From positions 298,764 through 362,763 of the IMG/VR virus record IMGVR_UViG_3300029288_000055: a DNA stretch of 64,000 nucleotides. The stretch is one strand, 5' to 3'. This document shows, one piece after another, positions 62,793 to 64,000 of this stretch. Within the stretch, counting starts at the first letter, position 1; every line of letters begins with the position of its first letter. Below the pieces are notes generated by a model, which was not told the DNA's origin, searched no databases, and worked only from the letters and a program-made list of their open reading frames with translations. Source of the stretch: a virus. Lineage: Duplodnaviria > Heunggongvirae > Uroviricota > Caudoviricetes. The position numbers and the translations under genes are program-made.

Positions 62793-63443
62793 TTAATCAT
62801 TATTGAGATAAATTTTTAGTTCCCTTTTAATATTTGGGTCATCCCAAACAGATTTAAAATAGTTCTGTAAAGCGGTAAAACATAGTGTTTCCTTATCATC
62901 TGTATAGAGGCTATACTCATTTTCCTCTTTAAATCTGAGAATTGTTTCAACATAACATCCGTTAAAAATTCTGGCAAAATCTTTTGCCCATTTATATTCT
63001 ACAGGGTCTTGTATAAGTCGAGCAGTATATTTTAAACCATCCAGTATTACTTCTCTTGTACTTTTGAAGTCTTTTTTGTATTTTTTCCATTCATTACCAC
63101 AACTATTGCAATGATTAACGCTGGCAGTATCAATACTTACTGAAGATGAACCATATACACTAAAAAGATTACCACTTACATTTCCACTACCACTACCCTG
63201 AACTTGTCTGATTTTATTAACAATTGAATCCCTTTTTGCACCACAATTAGGACATTTTTCATCAGAATTTTTTTGCCATTTATCTTCACTCTCATTGCGA
63301 GCATCAGCAATTTTTTTACATCGTTCATTTACAATAACTACATCGGCATCAATCAATGCAATTTGTTCTGGTGAGAGTTTTTTAAAACCTATACCACCAA
63401 AGAATCTAACTATTCTGTCAATAATATCAAAATCTTTTTTCAT
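62793..63443 (-). CDS. hypothetical protein with two zinc ribbons (216 aa)
   Basis: CPNCG and CNSCG motifs, plus a Gly/Ser-rich linker. Confidence 0.55.
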   Translation of the reverse strand: MKKDFDIIDRIVRFFGGIGFKKLSPEQIALIDADVVIVNERCKKIADARNESEDKWQKNSDEKCPNCGAKRDSIVNKIRQVQGSGSGNVSGNLFSVYGSSSVSIDTASVNHCNSCGNEWKKYKKDFKSTREVILDGLKYTARLIQDPVEYKWAKDFARIFNGCYVETILRFKEENEYSLYTDDKETLCFTALQNYFKSVWDDPNIKRELKIYLNND

Positions 63444-64000
63444 TATGCTAATCTTTTATCTTTTAATAAATCACGTAAAAATTCATTTTTTACACCACCA
63501 ATCATTCTCACCCATTCTTTGTAATGTTTAGAATAAATATCTTTCAATTGTTCAAATAAAAGCATTCTTATTTTAACAATTTCTTCTGCAGGTGCACTTG
63601 GTCTGTAATTATCAATAAAGTAATTAACAAACTCAGGATAACGTTCTCTATCAAAAACTCTTTCATCTGCAATGAAACAAATAGCAGTAAGCGCATGATT
63701 AAGATCAGGTTCATGAAAATAGGAAAAATCAATATGATTTTCATTTAATGCATCACCAATTTGATTCATTGTTCCTGCAACAATACCTTCAAAATCTCTT
63801 TCATCATTAGTAGTACCACCATTAAGAATAACCCAAGTTTCATGATTTTCAAGGAAATTCCATACAATATGATCAGGGTCTTTTCTGCCATATTTCAATG
63901 CATAACGTCCAAGTGCATGCCCTGCTTGTATGCTTTTTTGTATTTCCGATATATTATACGGAACAAAAAAATACATTCTTAATTTTAAATTCTCTTCCAT
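63443..64000 (-). CDS. hypothetical protein (at least 185 aa; the start coincides with the window edge and may lie beyond it)
   Basis: ORF track. An ATG is present at 63998-64000. Confidence 0.5.
   Translation of the reverse strand: MEENLKLRMYFFVPYNISEIQKSIQAGHALGRYALKYGRKDPDHIVWNFLENHETWVILNGGTTNDERDFEGIVAGTMNQIGDALNENHIDFSYFHEPDLNHALTAICFIADERVFDRERYPEFVNYFIDNYRPSAPAEEIVKIRMLLFEQLKDIYSKHYKEWVRMIGGVKNEFLRDLLKDKRLA

Noticed and set aside
1-64000. CRISPR array, tRNA, tmRNA or rRNA genes
   Set aside because: I saw no regularly spaced direct repeats. No T-loop (GGTTCGAATCC-like) or CCA-acceptor signatures appeared in any intergenic region, including the structured 45.6-45.9 kb region.
1-64000. 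Alternative genetic code (for example TAG or TGA recoding as in some Prevotella megaphages)
   Set aside because: Standard-code ORFs tile the window without gaps. TAA, TAG and TGA all act as stops followed immediately by the next start.

Overview
The window is 64 kb of AT-rich DNA (about 30% GC, judged by eye). It reads as one contiguous piece of a large dsDNA bacteriophage genome, either a virion genome or a prophage interior. No host housekeeping genes, rRNA, tRNA or CRISPR arrays are visible. Genes are short and tightly packed, with many ATGA or TAAATG stop/start overlaps. They fall into two blocks: about 1-12,600 on the + strand and about 12,646-64,000 on the - strand. The blocks converge on a bidirectional terminator hairpin near 12,616-12,643. 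Start codons are preceded by A/T-rich leaders with no GGAGG Shine-Dalgarno sequence. At least eight predicted lipoproteins are present (signal peptide plus lipobox Cys). The recognisable products are: a TARG1-like macro domain, a bactofilin-like repeat protein, two SEC-C-motif proteins (one fused to peptide deformylase), a radical-SAM enzyme, an HNH::Rnl2-like RNA ligase fusion, a standalone intact TnpB with no TnpA, an SPFH/band-7 protein flanked by small membrane proteins, a ParB/DGQHR-like protein, an HD-domain protein, two small P-loop kinases, a NADAR domain protein, a Nudix hydrolase, a PD-(D/E)xK-like protein, and a Dda/RecD-like SF1B helicase. The helicase is interrupted in its Walker A box by a 354-aa Ala-1 intein carrying a LAGLIDADG homing endonuclease. 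The strongest non-coding signal is a bipartite motif, TTGTAAC-N16/17-CGTATAA(G/T), present in at least 18 intergenic copies. Every copy is co-oriented with the downstream genes, and the upstream gene's stop codon is often embedded in the TTG-TAA-C box. Other notable items are a GC-richer 330-nt non-coding island flanked by 14-bp inverted repeats, many unannotated ORFs under 60 aa, and tandem paralogues. I could not run any searches or folding. All calls rest on motifs read directly from the translated sequence, and coordinates I derived by hand are good to about ±2 nt.
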